A stretch of 32,000 nt of DNA from an uncultured Clostridia bacterium (GCA_948676835.1 CAPOZU010000004.1:44551-76550); one strand, 5' to 3'; positions 17,926 to 27,366 are shown, numbered from the stretch's first letter. Notes: a model not told the origin generated them from the letters alone. Numbers and translations: made by a program.

Positions 17926-18207
17926 ATGCATTTTATTTTTCCTAAAAATTATAACTTCAAACCAAAATTGTTGGGTTTTATAGATTACAGTACAGCTATA
18001 ATAGACACAGTTATTGGATTTATAATTTTCTTTTTCACTAATTTATTATTTTCTAGTATTGATATTAAAATTTATGTTTTTGTCTCTTTATTCCTTCCTG
18101 TTCTTCTTATTAGTATTATTGGAATTAATAAAGAGAGTTTTGTTAATGTGTTTAAATATATGGTTAAGTTTATAAAGAATCAAAAGGTTTATCTGTATAA
18201 AAGATAA
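17926..18207 (+). CDS. Small two-TM protein, PrgI/TcpE/VirB3-like
   Basis: SD AAAGGAGG lies 5 nt before ATG 17926. The track start at 17911 would include the SD. Two hydrophobic helices. The call rests on topology and context. Confidence 0.5.
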   Translation: MHFIFPKNYNFKPKLLGFIDYSTAIIDTVIGFIIFFFTNLLFSSIDIKIYVFVSLFLPVLLISIIGINKESFVNVFKYMVKFIKNQKVYLYKR

Positions 18208-18232
18208 ATTTAGGGACGTTCCTTAAATTTCA

Positions 18233-18919
18233 TTATTGGTGTGAGTAATTTATTATACAATATATAACTGTAGTATTATTTTTGAATAATATATTTTCTT
18301 CATTACGAATTCTCGGTATTCCGTCGTATTTTATAGTAGGATTTTATTTTTTCAAAAAACAGCGCCCTCAAAAGACAAGTTTGAGATTCCCTCTTTTTTG
18401 AAAAAATATCCTACTAATAAAACACTCTGTTTACATTCGAATTCTTCTCTCAGGAAATATATTATCCAAAAATATGCTATTAGTTAGAGAAAGACAACAA
18501 TTTACCCACACAAATAAGCAACTGAACACCCTAGTAAAATGCCGAGTTGTTTTAAAGTAAATTTTTGCCATTTTCTGATTAACTTAACAAATTTTCAATA
18601 TGATATTTTAAGATATTTTTCACTTTTATGTCTTTATCTAAATTCATAAAAGTGTTTTATATTATTTTCAAGTACACCGCGTAAGCGATCAAACGAGCGT
18701 AGTGAGTGCGATTTGGAGCAACTATCGTTGCTATGTAAATTATAAAAGAATTTTATAATTTACAATTAGCAAGTTGCGACACCAAGGTGTATAAGAAAAT
18801 AATATAAAATACTTTCATAAATTATATTAAATATAACTTTTAATAAATACTCTATAATATCATATTAAAAATTTGTTAAGTTAATTAAATATTGTATAAT
18901 AATTTACTCACACAAATAA
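18233..18919. repeat. Non-coding composite element: 31 bp terminal inverted repeats enclosing two long nested imperfect palindromes
   Basis: The TIRs are 18233-18263 and 18889-18919, matching 29/31. An extra direct copy of the right end lies at 18501-18517. Palindrome 1 arms are 18279-18296/18455-18472 and 18334-18359/18394-18416. Palindrome 2 arms are 18577-18607/18856-18886 (29/31) and 18643-18678/18786-18820, with a perfect 13 bp core at 18735-18763. No ORF of 60 aa or more. Confidence 0.85.
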
Positions 18920-18928
18920 CATTTTATC

Positions 18929-18957
18929 TTGTATTTCATATTTTTAAATGATATAAT
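18929..18957 (+). promoter_or_regulatory. Sigma-A promoter with an extended -10 for the dnaD-like/dnaC-like operon
   Basis: TTGTAT (18929-18934), a 17 nt spacer ending in TGa, then TATAAT (18952-18957). Confidence 0.6.
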
Positions 18958-19019
18958 CTTTTCAAATCTGTACTAAAGAAAATTAATTAAATTTTAGGGG
19001 TTTGAAAAGGGGTTTTGAT

Positions 19020-19976
19020 ATGAAACTATCACAAAATGATAAGTCTCTTCTATTTTCTAGTACAGAGATACCAGATGTATTTTACACAGAATATTTGCCT
19101 GAAGCAAAAGGCGATTTTGTCAAAGTATATTTCTATATGCTTTTTTTATCAAAATATAATAAAGAAATTAAAATAAATGATTTATCAAAAACATTATCTT
19201 TAGACTTTCCAACAGTCAAAGATTCAATTGAATATTGGGAAGAAAAAGGTATCTTAGTTAAAACAACTGATGGCTATACTCTAGCTAATATCCAAGAAAT
19301 AGAATTATCAAAGCTTTATTCTCCAAAAGTAACATCTTCTCCAGAAGATGCTATTAAGAATTCTCAAAATCAATATAGAGCAAAAGCTATTGATAATATT
19401 AATTCACAATTTTTCCAAGGTGTTATGTCCCCAACTTGGTATAATGACATTGATCTTTGGTTTAATAAATATGGTTTTGATGAGCAAGTTATGCTTGCCC
19501 TTTTTAGTTATGCTTTTGATAAAAGAGCATTACATAGAAATTATATTCAAGCAACAGCAGAAGCATGGAGCAAAAATAATATAAAAACATTTAATGATTT
19601 AGAAGATTATTTTGAAAAACAAGAAAAGCGTAATAATATAAACAGTCAAATAAGTAAAAAATTAAATCTTTATAGAAAACTTACTACATATGAAGAAGAA
19701 GATATTGCAAAATGGACTGAAAACTATGGCTTTTCTATAGATATAATTGATATTGCTTTAAAGAATGCTTCTTCAAAAAATAAAATTCGTTTTGATTATA
19801 TCGATACTTTGCTTACTGATTGGCACAAAAAAGATTTACGAACTGTTGATGAAGTTAATACATATTTACAATCTTTAAAAGAAAAAGATTCTCGTGCAAA
19901 ACAAGTTCAAAAAGTAGCATATGAATATACTCAAAGTACTTTTGATAACTTAGAATCTTTATACGAAAATTTATAA
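19020..19976 (+). CDS. DnaD-domain replication initiation/helicase-loading protein (DnaD/DnaB_2 family)
   Basis: The N-terminal winged-helix-like region (FVKVYFYMLFLS...) is followed by two DnaD/DnaB_2-type repeats (WFNKYGFDEQVMLALFSYAF...AWSKNNIKTFNDLEDYF and WTENYGFSIDIIDIAL...LLTDWHKKDLRTVDEV). SD AAAAGGGG precedes ATG 19020. Confidence 0.75.
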   Translation: MKLSQNDKSLLFSSTEIPDVFYTEYLPEAKGDFVKVYFYMLFLSKYNKEIKINDLSKTLSLDFPTVKDSIEYWEEKGILVKTTDGYTLANIQEIELSKLYSPKVTSSPEDAIKNSQNQYRAKAIDNINSQFFQGVMSPTWYNDIDLWFNKYGFDEQVMLALFSYAFDKRALHRNYIQATAEAWSKNNIKTFNDLEDYFEKQEKRNNINSQISKKLNLYRKLTTYEEEDIAKWTENYGFSIDIIDIALKNASSKNKIRFDYIDTLLTDWHKKDLRTVDEVNTYLQSLKEKDSRAKQVQKVAYEYTQSTFDNLESLYENL

Positions 19977-19989
19977 AAAGGAAATTGCT

Positions 19990-21012
19990 ATGGATAATTC
20001 ATTATTAAATCAAATTTTACATGAATATGAATTAAAAAGAAATAAAGCTATACAAGATGCTGAAAAAAGAAAACGTGATTTACTTGATGTAAATCCAAGA
20101 CTTGCTGAAATAGAACGTGAATTATCTTCAAATTCTATAAAAGCTTCAAAGGCTATCTTAATGTCTAATAAAAAAGAACAAGCTTCTATTCTTTCTGAAT
20201 TAAAAAAGAAAAATAATAGTCTAATAAAAGAAAAGAATGCTTTTATTAAAAATCTTTCAAAAGAAAATGATTATCTTAATCCACATTTTGAGTGCAAATT
20301 GTGTAAAGATACTGGATATATTCAAAAAGATGGTACTACTACATTGTGCTCTTGTTTAAAGCAAAGAATTTTTGATATTGCATATAATAAATCTAATATG
20401 GGTAATTTAGAACGAGAAAATTTTTCTAATTTCAATATTAGAATTTTTTCAGATAAACCTGATATAGAAAAATATAAGTCAGAATTATCTCCAAAAGAAA
20501 ATATAAAAAAAATCAAAGATGCTGTTCAATCTTTCATTACTAATTTTGAAGATCCAGAAGAAAAAAATTTGATATTCACTGGAAATACAGGGGTTGGTAA
20601 AACTTTTTTAATTAATTGTATTGCTAATGAAATTTTGAAGTCTGGAAAAACTGTTCTTTATCAAACTGCACCTGTTATGTTTGATGAAATTAATGAAGCA
20701 AAATTTGATAGAGAAAATTCAAAATTTGATTTATATAAAAATATTTTAGATGTTGATTTACTTATTATTGACGATTTAGGAACAGAAAAATTAACAGATA
20801 CAAAAATCACAGAATTATTTACTATCATAAATACTAGGCTTTTAAATCAAAATCATAAAATAACAAAAACTATTATTTCAACTAATTTAAATATTACCGA
20901 ATTATTTAATACATATACAACAAGAATTGGTTCGAGGCTAACTGGATATTATAAATTTTATCGATTATTTGGAGAAGATTTAAGATTTAAAAAAGCCAAA
21001 AAAGAAATTTAA
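19990..21012 (+). CDS. DnaC/DnaI-like helicase loader (IstB-like AAA+ ATPase)
   Basis: Zn-ribbon-like CKLCKDTGY...CSC, Walker A GNTGVGKTF and Walker B LLIIDDLGTE are present. The gene follows the DnaD-like gene directly. Confidence 0.8.
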   Translation: MDNSLLNQILHEYELKRNKAIQDAEKRKRDLLDVNPRLAEIERELSSNSIKASKAILMSNKKEQASILSELKKKNNSLIKEKNAFIKNLSKENDYLNPHFECKLCKDTGYIQKDGTTTLCSCLKQRIFDIAYNKSNMGNLERENFSNFNIRIFSDKPDIEKYKSELSPKENIKKIKDAVQSFITNFEDPEEKNLIFTGNTGVGKTFLINCIANEILKSGKTVLYQTAPVMFDEINEAKFDRENSKFDLYKNILDVDLLIIDDLGTEKLTDTKITELFTIINTRLLNQNHKITKTIISTNLNITELFNTYTTRIGSRLTGYYKFYRLFGEDLRFKKAKKEI

Positions 21013-21018
21013 TATTTT

Positions 21019-21057
21019 AAAAGAGCTTATGTATATACACATAAAAGCTCTTTTTTT
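21019..21057 (+). terminator. Rho-independent terminator after the dnaC-like gene
   Basis: aaaagagctt (21019-21028) pairs with aagctctttt (21045-21054), and the T-run continues to 21057. Confidence 0.7.
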
Positions 21058-21061
21058 GTGT

Positions 21062-21093
21062 AAAAAATAGAGTTCCAAAAATTTGGAACTCTA
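21062..21093 (-). terminator. Rho-independent terminator after gyrA
   Basis: Perfect 12 bp stem: tagagttccaaa (21068-21079) pairs with tttggaactcta (21082-21093). A T-run follows on the minus strand. Confidence 0.75.
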
Positions 21094-21105
21094 CTTTTAT
21101 TTTAT

Positions 21106-23541
21106 TTAAATTTCTTCGTCTTCTTCAACAATTTTTTCAACACTAACTACTTTACCTTCGTTTGTTCTCATTAAAGTAACACCTTGTGTTGCTCTTCCTA
21201 AAACACTTATTTCTCCAGTATTTAATCTTATTAATGTTCCTGTATCTGTTGAAAGCATAATATCTTCTACACCTGAAACAATCTTGATTCCTACAATTTC
21301 ACCTGTTTTTGGAGTAACTTTATATGTTATAACTCCTCTTCCACCTCTATTTTGTACTCTATATTCATCAAGTTCTGTTCTCTTACCAAATCCATTTTCT
21401 GTAATAGCAAGTAATGTTGCATTGCTTCCTACTATAATTGGTTCCATTCCAATAACACTATCGTTATCGTCAATTCTCATTCCAATAACACCTTGTGCTG
21501 TTCTTCCTACTGGTCTTACATCTTTTTCATCAAATGTTATACTTAAACCTTTTTTAGTAACTAAAACAACATTGTCTTCCCCATCTGTTAATCTAACATC
21601 AATCAATTCATCATCATCTTTTAATGTGATTCCCATTAATCCTGTTTTTCTATTTGAATCATATTCATTTAATGGTGTTTTCTTTATTAATCCATTTTTT
21701 GTACCCATTAATAAATATTTTCCTTCAGCAAAGTTTTGAATTGGTATAACTGCTGAAATTTTTTCTCCTGGTTCAAGATTTAGTAAATTAACAATTGCTG
21801 TTCCTTTTGCTGTTCTTCCAGCTTCTGGAACTTCAAATCCACGTAATCTGTACATTTTTCCTTTATTACTAAAGAATAGTAATGTATCATGTGAAGATGA
21901 TGAGAATATTGTTTTTACAAAATCTCCCTCTTTAGTTGTCATTCCTGTAATACCTTTTCCGCCTCTTTTTTGACTTCTATAAGTATCTACTGGTAATCTT
22001 TTTATATATCCATATCTTGTTAATGTGATAACAACTTGCTCTTCTTTTATTAAATCCTCTTCATCAAATTCTCCTTCAGCTGGAGCAATCTTTGTTAATC
22101 TTTCATCACCAAATTTGTCTTTCATTTCAGTAAGTTCTGTTTTAATAATATCGTATACTAATGTTTCACTAGCTAAAATTTCTTTATAATATGCTATTAA
22201 TCTCATTAATTCTTGATATTCTTCTTCAAGTTTTTCTCTTTGTAATCCTTGTAGTCTCTTTAATTGCATATCTAAGATAGCTTGAGCTTGTACTTCTGAA
22301 AATTTAAATCTTTCCATTAATCTTTCTTTAGCATCATCGTATGATTCACGAATAATTCTAATTACTTCATCAATGTTGTCTATAGCAACAATTAAACCTT
22401 CTAATATGTGAGCTCTTGCTTCTGCTTTGTCTAACTCAAATTTTGTTCTTCTTAATATAACTTCTTTTCTGTGCTTAATGTATTCATCTAAACATTGTTT
22501 TAAAGTTAATATTCTTGGTTCTCCATCAACTAGAGCAAGCATAATAACACCAAATGTATCTTGCATTTGTGTATGTTTATATAATTGATTTAAAATAACT
22601 TGTGGTCTTGCATCTCTTTTTAATTCGATAACAATTCTAACTCTTTCAGTTCTATCAGATTCATCTCTAACTTCTGAAATTCCTTCAATTTTTCTTTCTT
22701 TTACTAATTGATCTATTTTAATAATTAAATTTGCTTTATTTACTTGATATGGTAGAGATGTAACAATTATTCTTTGTTTATTTCCTGACATTTCTTCTAT
22801 TTCAGCTTCAGCTCTTACTGTTATCTTTCCTCTACCTGTTGTATAAGCTTCTTTTATTCCTTCTTTTCCAATAATTAAAGCACCTGTTGGAAAATCTGGA
22901 CCTTTTACAACTTCCATCAATTCTTCATTTGTAACATCTGGATTATCTATAACTTTAATTGCTCCATTTATTACTTCTGTTAAATTATGTGGTGGTATGT
23001 TTGTTGCCATACCAACTGCTATACCAGATGAACCATTAATTAATAATGCTGGTATTTTTGCTGGTAAAACTGTTGGTTCTTGAAGTCTATCATCATAGTT
23101 TGGCATAAAGTTTACAGTATTCTTTTCAATATCTACTAGCATTTGCTCTGCTATTTTTGACATTCTAGATTCTGTGTACCTCATTGCGGCTGCTCCATCA
23201 CCATCTATAGAACCGAAATTTCCATGGCCATCTATTAACATATATCTCATTGAGAAATCTTGAGCAAGTCTAACCATTGCATCATATACAGAAGAATCTC
23301 CATGTGGATGATATCTTCCTAAAACAGATCCAACTGTGTTAGCACATTTTCTGTATGGTTTATCTGATGTTATTCCATCTTCATGCATAGAATATAAAAT
23401 TCTTCTATGTACTGGTTTTAAACCATCTCTAACATCTGGTAAAGCACGAGAAACTATAACACTCATCGCATAATCAATATAGGCTGTTTTCATTTCAGCT
23501 TCAATATTTCTTTCGATTATTCTTTCATCTTGTCTATCCAT
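21106..23541 (-). CDS. gyrA: DNA gyrase subunit A
   Basis: Recognisable motifs are DGLKPVHRRILY, the QRDR HPHGDSSVYDAMV, and AAAMRYTE with the catalytic Tyr. The C-terminal beta-pinwheel repeats are full length. Confidence 0.97.
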   Translation of the reverse strand: MDRQDERIIERNIEAEMKTAYIDYAMSVIVSRALPDVRDGLKPVHRRILYSMHEDGITSDKPYRKCANTVGSVLGRYHPHGDSSVYDAMVRLAQDFSMRYMLIDGHGNFGSIDGDGAAAMRYTESRMSKIAEQMLVDIEKNTVNFMPNYDDRLQEPTVLPAKIPALLINGSSGIAVGMATNIPPHNLTEVINGAIKVIDNPDVTNEELMEVVKGPDFPTGALIIGKEGIKEAYTTGRGKITVRAEAEIEEMSGNKQRIIVTSLPYQVNKANLIIKIDQLVKERKIEGISEVRDESDRTERVRIVIELKRDARPQVILNQLYKHTQMQDTFGVIMLALVDGEPRILTLKQCLDEYIKHRKEVILRRTKFELDKAEARAHILEGLIVAIDNIDEVIRIIRESYDDAKERLMERFKFSEVQAQAILDMQLKRLQGLQREKLEEEYQELMRLIAYYKEILASETLVYDIIKTELTEMKDKFGDERLTKIAPAEGEFDEEDLIKEEQVVITLTRYGYIKRLPVDTYRSQKRGGKGITGMTTKEGDFVKTIFSSSSHDTLLFFSNKGKMYRLRGFEVPEAGRTAKGTAIVNLLNLEPGEKISAVIPIQNFAEGKYLLMGTKNGLIKKTPLNEYDSNRKTGLMGITLKDDDELIDVRLTDGEDNVVLVTKKGLSITFDEKDVRPVGRTAQGVIGMRIDDNDSVIGMEPIIVGSNATLLAITENGFGKRTELDEYRVQNRGGRGVITYKVTPKTGEIVGIKIVSGVEDIMLSTDTGTLIRLNTGEISVLGRATQGVTLMRTNEGKVVSVEKIVEEDEEI

Positions 23542-23577
23542 TTATCAACCTCTTTTCTTACCTTTTTATACACTTGC

Positions 23578-23607
23578 ATTATATAATAAAAATGACCAAA
23601 AAAGCAA
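23578..23607 (-). promoter_or_regulatory. Candidate gyrA-proximal promoter
   Basis: On the minus strand: TTGCTT (23607-23602), 18 nt spacer, TATAAT (23583-23578). Confidence 0.35.
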
Positions 23608-23711
23608 GAAAAAAAGCGGTTTTTTATAAAAAATTTACCCTATTTTTTATTAAATTTTACAACTATTTTTCTATATTCAAATCTTATACTTTACTCTTTT
23701 ATTGAACTGGT

Positions 23712-24434
23712 TTAAGCTAACTTTTCAGCTAATCTTAGTTCTTCTTTTGATATATCAAAATTTTTTCCATTATTTTTTATTAAGCTATGTATATTTTGTA
23801 TTTTTCTCGCTTCATTTATTGTATTTTCTAAAGGCATAACTTTATTTAAATAGTTTTCAATATTTTTATAAGATTTTTCCATTCCAGAAAAATCTTTGCT
23901 TTCATAAAAGATTTTCCAGTTATCGCAATATTTCTCTAATTTTTCTACTGATTTTAATTGATTCGTAAGTGTTTCTTCAATCTTGTTACTTATTGAATTT
24001 ATTATAGTATTTTTACTTTGCTTTAATATCTTGCTAATATTATTATTTATTAAATTTTTGCTTTTTGCTAAATTTATGGTAAAATCTAATAATTGAGAAA
24101 CACTATCTAAAATTCCTCCATTTTTTACTGCTAATTGGACCTGTGAAATATTTTCAAAGTTTCCTGTAACAACTCCTGTAATGCTTTTTCCCATTTCTAT
24201 TCCTGAATTAATTATTTGTTTTACTCCTTCTTTAAAACCTTGCTCTAAAATTACATTTTTAATATCTATTACTTGATTTTCTATTAAATTCGGTAGTGCC
24301 GCTTTAAGTCCTATATCTAATGCAGAATTAATAGTTTTACCAAGGTTACTTTCTAAAAAACTTTTTTGATTTTCATATAAATTAACACTGTATTTATTTT
24401 CCATCTCTCTACTTATTTCTAATCCATTTTCCAT
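23712..24434 (-). CDS. Hypothetical soluble protein (240 aa), last gene of the VirB4 operon
   Basis: The ORF starts 4 nt after the ParA-like gene. No TM segment or signal peptide. No family named with confidence. Confidence 0.65.
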   Translation of the reverse strand: MENGLEISREMENKYSVNLYENQKSFLESNLGKTINSALDIGLKAALPNLIENQVIDIKNVILEQGFKEGVKQIINSGIEMGKSITGVVTGNFENISQVQLAVKNGGILDSVSQLLDFTINLAKSKNLINNNISKILKQSKNTIINSISNKIEETLTNQLKSVEKLEKYCDNWKIFYESKDFSGMEKSYKNIENYLNKVMPLENTINEARKIQNIHSLIKNNGKNFDISKEELRLAEKLA

Positions 24435-24438
24435 ATTT

Positions 24439-25587
24439 TCACACTCCTTCTATTACTTTTTGAAAAATCTTTTCATAATCATCCTTGTCTTTAAAAATAT
24501 TTTTATTTATTATTAAATTATATTTTTCACTATAATCGATTTCTCCTATTATTCTCTTTTCTGAATATATTTCATTTAATACTCTTTCATTAATTTTATA
24601 CTTATTAGCTTTATTAAAAATAATATTTATTTTTTCTTCTTGAATTTCATAATCTTTAATTATCTTTTCTAAATATGTATTTGCCTTTTTTACCTCTGAC
24701 AAATTTGGTTCAATTAAAAAAACGATTTTAGAAGAATAAGAATAAATAAAATTATTAATTTTACTTGTAAGATCAGATGATGTATCTATTATTATAAAAT
24801 CAAATTCATTTTTTAATTCTTCTAAACAACTTATAAAAAATGAATAATCTATAAATTCATAATTATTTATAAAATTATCTAAAGAACTTAAAACATAAAA
24901 ATTATTATGATATTTTGTAATTGCACTTAATATACGGTCTTTATCATAATTTTTAGGATGTTTGCTAATTCCTAATATAGTATTAATACTTTTATTAATA
25001 AAATCACAATCTATTAAAAGAACTTTATCTTTTTTACTCATATATTTTGAGAATAATATTGATGTTATACTTTTTCCTACGCCATAACTTCCAGAAAAAG
25101 ATATTATATTATTTATATAAAAATTTTCTTTTTTTTTTTCTTTGTTTATTGGTTCTTTTTCAATTCTATCTATAGTTCTTTCTTGGTATATTATTTTCTT
25201 AAAGTCTTCTATATTTTTTTTAATATCTTTATTAGACATTTCTTTATTTTTCAGACCTAAAAAGAACATTTCATAATTATCTAAGTAATAAATTTTATAT
25301 ATTTCATTACTATTTAAAAAAATCTCTATTTTATCATCTTTTTCTTTTAAAAATACTACTATTTCAATATCTTTATTAATTTCTAATATTCTAGAAATTA
25401 ATAAATTAAATTCCATTTCAATTATTAAATTATTACTTAATATCACTCCTTCTATATCTCTTTTTTCTTCTAAAATTTCTAAAATTCCTTCTTGATATTG
25501 AACATCTTTTCCTATAACTTCAAAATTTGTTTCCTTCTTTAATCTTTCATTAATTTCCGGAATACCTGTAGCAGTAATTATTTTCAT
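24439..25587 (-). CDS. ParA/MinD-superfamily ATPase with an N-terminal receiver-like domain (CpaE/TadZ-like architecture)
   Basis: P-loop SFSGSYGVGKS, VLLIDCDF (the D-x-D motif of MinD/ParA) and FDFIIIDTSS (Walker B) are present. The N-terminal region of about 110 aa has an alternating beta/alpha pattern without an obvious phospho-acceptor context. The start abuts the VirB4 stop. Confidence 0.65.
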   Translation of the reverse strand: MKIITATGIPEINERLKKETNFEVIGKDVQYQEGILEILEEKRDIEGVILSNNLIIEMEFNLLISRILEINKDIEIVVFLKEKDDKIEIFLNSNEIYKIYYLDNYEMFFLGLKNKEMSNKDIKKNIEDFKKIIYQERTIDRIEKEPINKEKKKENFYINNIISFSGSYGVGKSITSILFSKYMSKKDKVLLIDCDFINKSINTILGISKHPKNYDKDRILSAITKYHNNFYVLSSLDNFINNYEFIDYSFFISCLEELKNEFDFIIIDTSSDLTSKINNFIYSYSSKIVFLIEPNLSEVKKANTYLEKIIKDYEIQEEKINIIFNKANKYKINERVLNEIYSEKRIIGEIDYSEKYNLIINKNIFKDKDDYEKIFQKVIEGV

Positions 25588-27357
25588 TTAACTTATCACC
25601 TCTTTTTCTTCTTCTGAACATTCTACTCGTGATAAAATATGATTATCTCCCACAAATATTAAACATTCTCCTCTTTTAAGAGATTTTATTTCTATTTTTT
25701 CTTTTTCAGATATATTTGCATATTTTTCTAGCACTAATATATTTTCTTCTTCAAGTGAAAAAAATGTTTTTATGCTGGAATTGTTTAAAATACTTTTTCC
25801 ATAGGCTCCTTCATCTAAACTAAACAGATCTGAAACGTCTTGTGTTATTGCTACAGCACTTCCCCCATATTTACGAATTGTTTTAAATATTTTATATATA
25901 AAACTTGCAACAAATTTATTTGATGTAACACCAATAAGCCTCCAAATTTCGTCTAGGTAAATTGCTTTATTTTTATTTCTATCTCTTTTTATTTTGTCCC
26001 AAAATAATTCTGTAAAAATATACATTCCATATTTTAGATTCTCTTCTCCAAGTTCATATATATCTGCAACAATAATTTTATTTTCAAGCATAATATTAGT
26101 ATAATTATTTAAAAATTTTAAAGATCCAAATATAAATGGATATAATTTTCTTTTAAAGAATTGAGTTTTTTCATCTTTTTCTAAACAATTATATAAATCC
26201 TCTAAAATTGGCATATCTTTACTCTCTTTAAAAACTTTTATACTATCTTTTATTTTATATAAAGAATTATCATCAAATGTTATTCCTTTTTCTTCATAAA
26301 CTTCTATTAATTTTTCTTCTAAAATTGCAACATTTTCTTCGTCTAATTCTCCAAAAACTAAACTAAAAAAACCTCTAAGCTTTCCAATTTTTGTTGTTAA
26401 AAAACCTTTTTCTTCTTCTATACTATCTTCTCTTATATCTAATATATTTATAAAAGATTCTGATGTTGGTCCAAATTTTATACATATACCATCAAGGTTT
26501 TCACAAATTTTTGTATATTCTCTTTCTGGATCTATAATATATTGATCTAATCCATATATTCTATATCTTAAAATCTGCAATTTAGTAAAAAATGATTTTC
26601 CAGCACCACTTGTTCCAAATACACACATATTAGCATTTTTATATTTTTCTTTATTAAATCTATCTATTAAAATCATAGAATTATTATATATATTAGTTCC
26701 TATAAAAATCCCTGCTTCATCACAAATACTTGATGATATAAATGGATATGTTGAAACTAATCCATTTCCTAAAATATTTCTTCTACTTATTCCTTTTATA
26801 TCTGCATTATTAATCATTAAAGGTAAACATGAAAAAAATATTTGCTCTTCTCTAAAATTGCCTTTTCTTGTCATCATTCCAGATGCTTGAAGAATTCCTT
26901 CTATTTTGTTCAGGTTTCGTTCTAATTCTTTTTCATTTTCTGAAATGATATTTATATATGTATAAAGAAAATATAATTCTTCGTTATTGACCTGCATTTC
27001 CTTTCTTATATATTTAGCATCATTATATGTGTAAGCTGCAATATCAATATCTTGCCTATTATTATTTCCTGATTTTAAATCTACACCTACATTTCCTATA
27101 AAGTATGTTAAATCTTTAATTGTTTTATATGTATCTTGTTTTTCATAAAAAACAGATATATTCATATTTACATTTGTGTTTATTAGATTTTTAAAAATAA
27201 TGTCACTGTATTCTCTATAATAATCTATTATTAATATACCACTATAAAATTTGCCATCTATTTCTAAATATTTTGGATTTTTATTGTTTATATAACTAGG
27301 AGCCATTTTATCTTTTATATTTAAAATACCTTCATAAAAACTCTCTATATACATCAC
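25588..27357 (-). CDS. VirB4-like conjugation/T4SS ATPase, C-terminal 589 aa part
   Basis: Walker A is VFGTSGAGKSF and Walker B is AIYLDEIWRL. The N-terminal APSYINNKNPKYLEIDGKFYSGILIIDYYREY pattern is typical of Gram-positive VirB4/TcpF/Orf16-type proteins. The start is more likely ATG 27354 than GTG 27357. AAAGGAG lies upstream at unusually short spacing. Confidence 0.8.
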   Translation of the reverse strand: MMYIESFYEGILNIKDKMAPSYINNKNPKYLEIDGKFYSGILIIDYYREYSDIIFKNLINTNVNMNISVFYEKQDTYKTIKDLTYFIGNVGVDLKSGNNNRQDIDIAAYTYNDAKYIRKEMQVNNEELYFLYTYINIISENEKELERNLNKIEGILQASGMMTRKGNFREEQIFFSCLPLMINNADIKGISRRNILGNGLVSTYPFISSSICDEAGIFIGTNIYNNSMILIDRFNKEKYKNANMCVFGTSGAGKSFFTKLQILRYRIYGLDQYIIDPEREYTKICENLDGICIKFGPTSESFINILDIREDSIEEEKGFLTTKIGKLRGFFSLVFGELDEENVAILEEKLIEVYEEKGITFDDNSLYKIKDSIKVFKESKDMPILEDLYNCLEKDEKTQFFKRKLYPFIFGSLKFLNNYTNIMLENKIIVADIYELGEENLKYGMYIFTELFWDKIKRDRNKNKAIYLDEIWRLIGVTSNKFVASFIYKIFKTIRKYGGSAVAITQDVSDLFSLDEGAYGKSILNNSSIKTFFSLEEENILVLEKYANISEKEKIEIKSLKRGECLIFVGDNHILSRVECSEEEKEVIS

Positions 27358-27366
27358 TCCTTTTCT

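Noticed and set aside
18233-18919. Possibility that the palindromic region is the chromosomal oriC with DnaA boxes
   Set aside because: Only degenerate box-like strings occur (TTATCCAAA, TTACCCACA, TTACTCACA) and no perfect TTATCCACA. In Firmicutes oriC flanks dnaA, which by synteny should lie to the right of the window. I kept it only as a generic ori/oriT/MITE candidate.
21284-21739. 151 aa plus-strand ORF inside gyrA, and similar ORFs 30335-31256 inside gyrB, 20322-20516 inside the dnaC-like gene, 19348-19584 inside the dnaD-like gene, 9603-9902, 10451-10639, 11003-11242, 27875-28141 and 28598-28846
   Set aside because: Each lies antisense to or out of frame within a longer ORF that has SD support or clear motifs. 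None has independent support.
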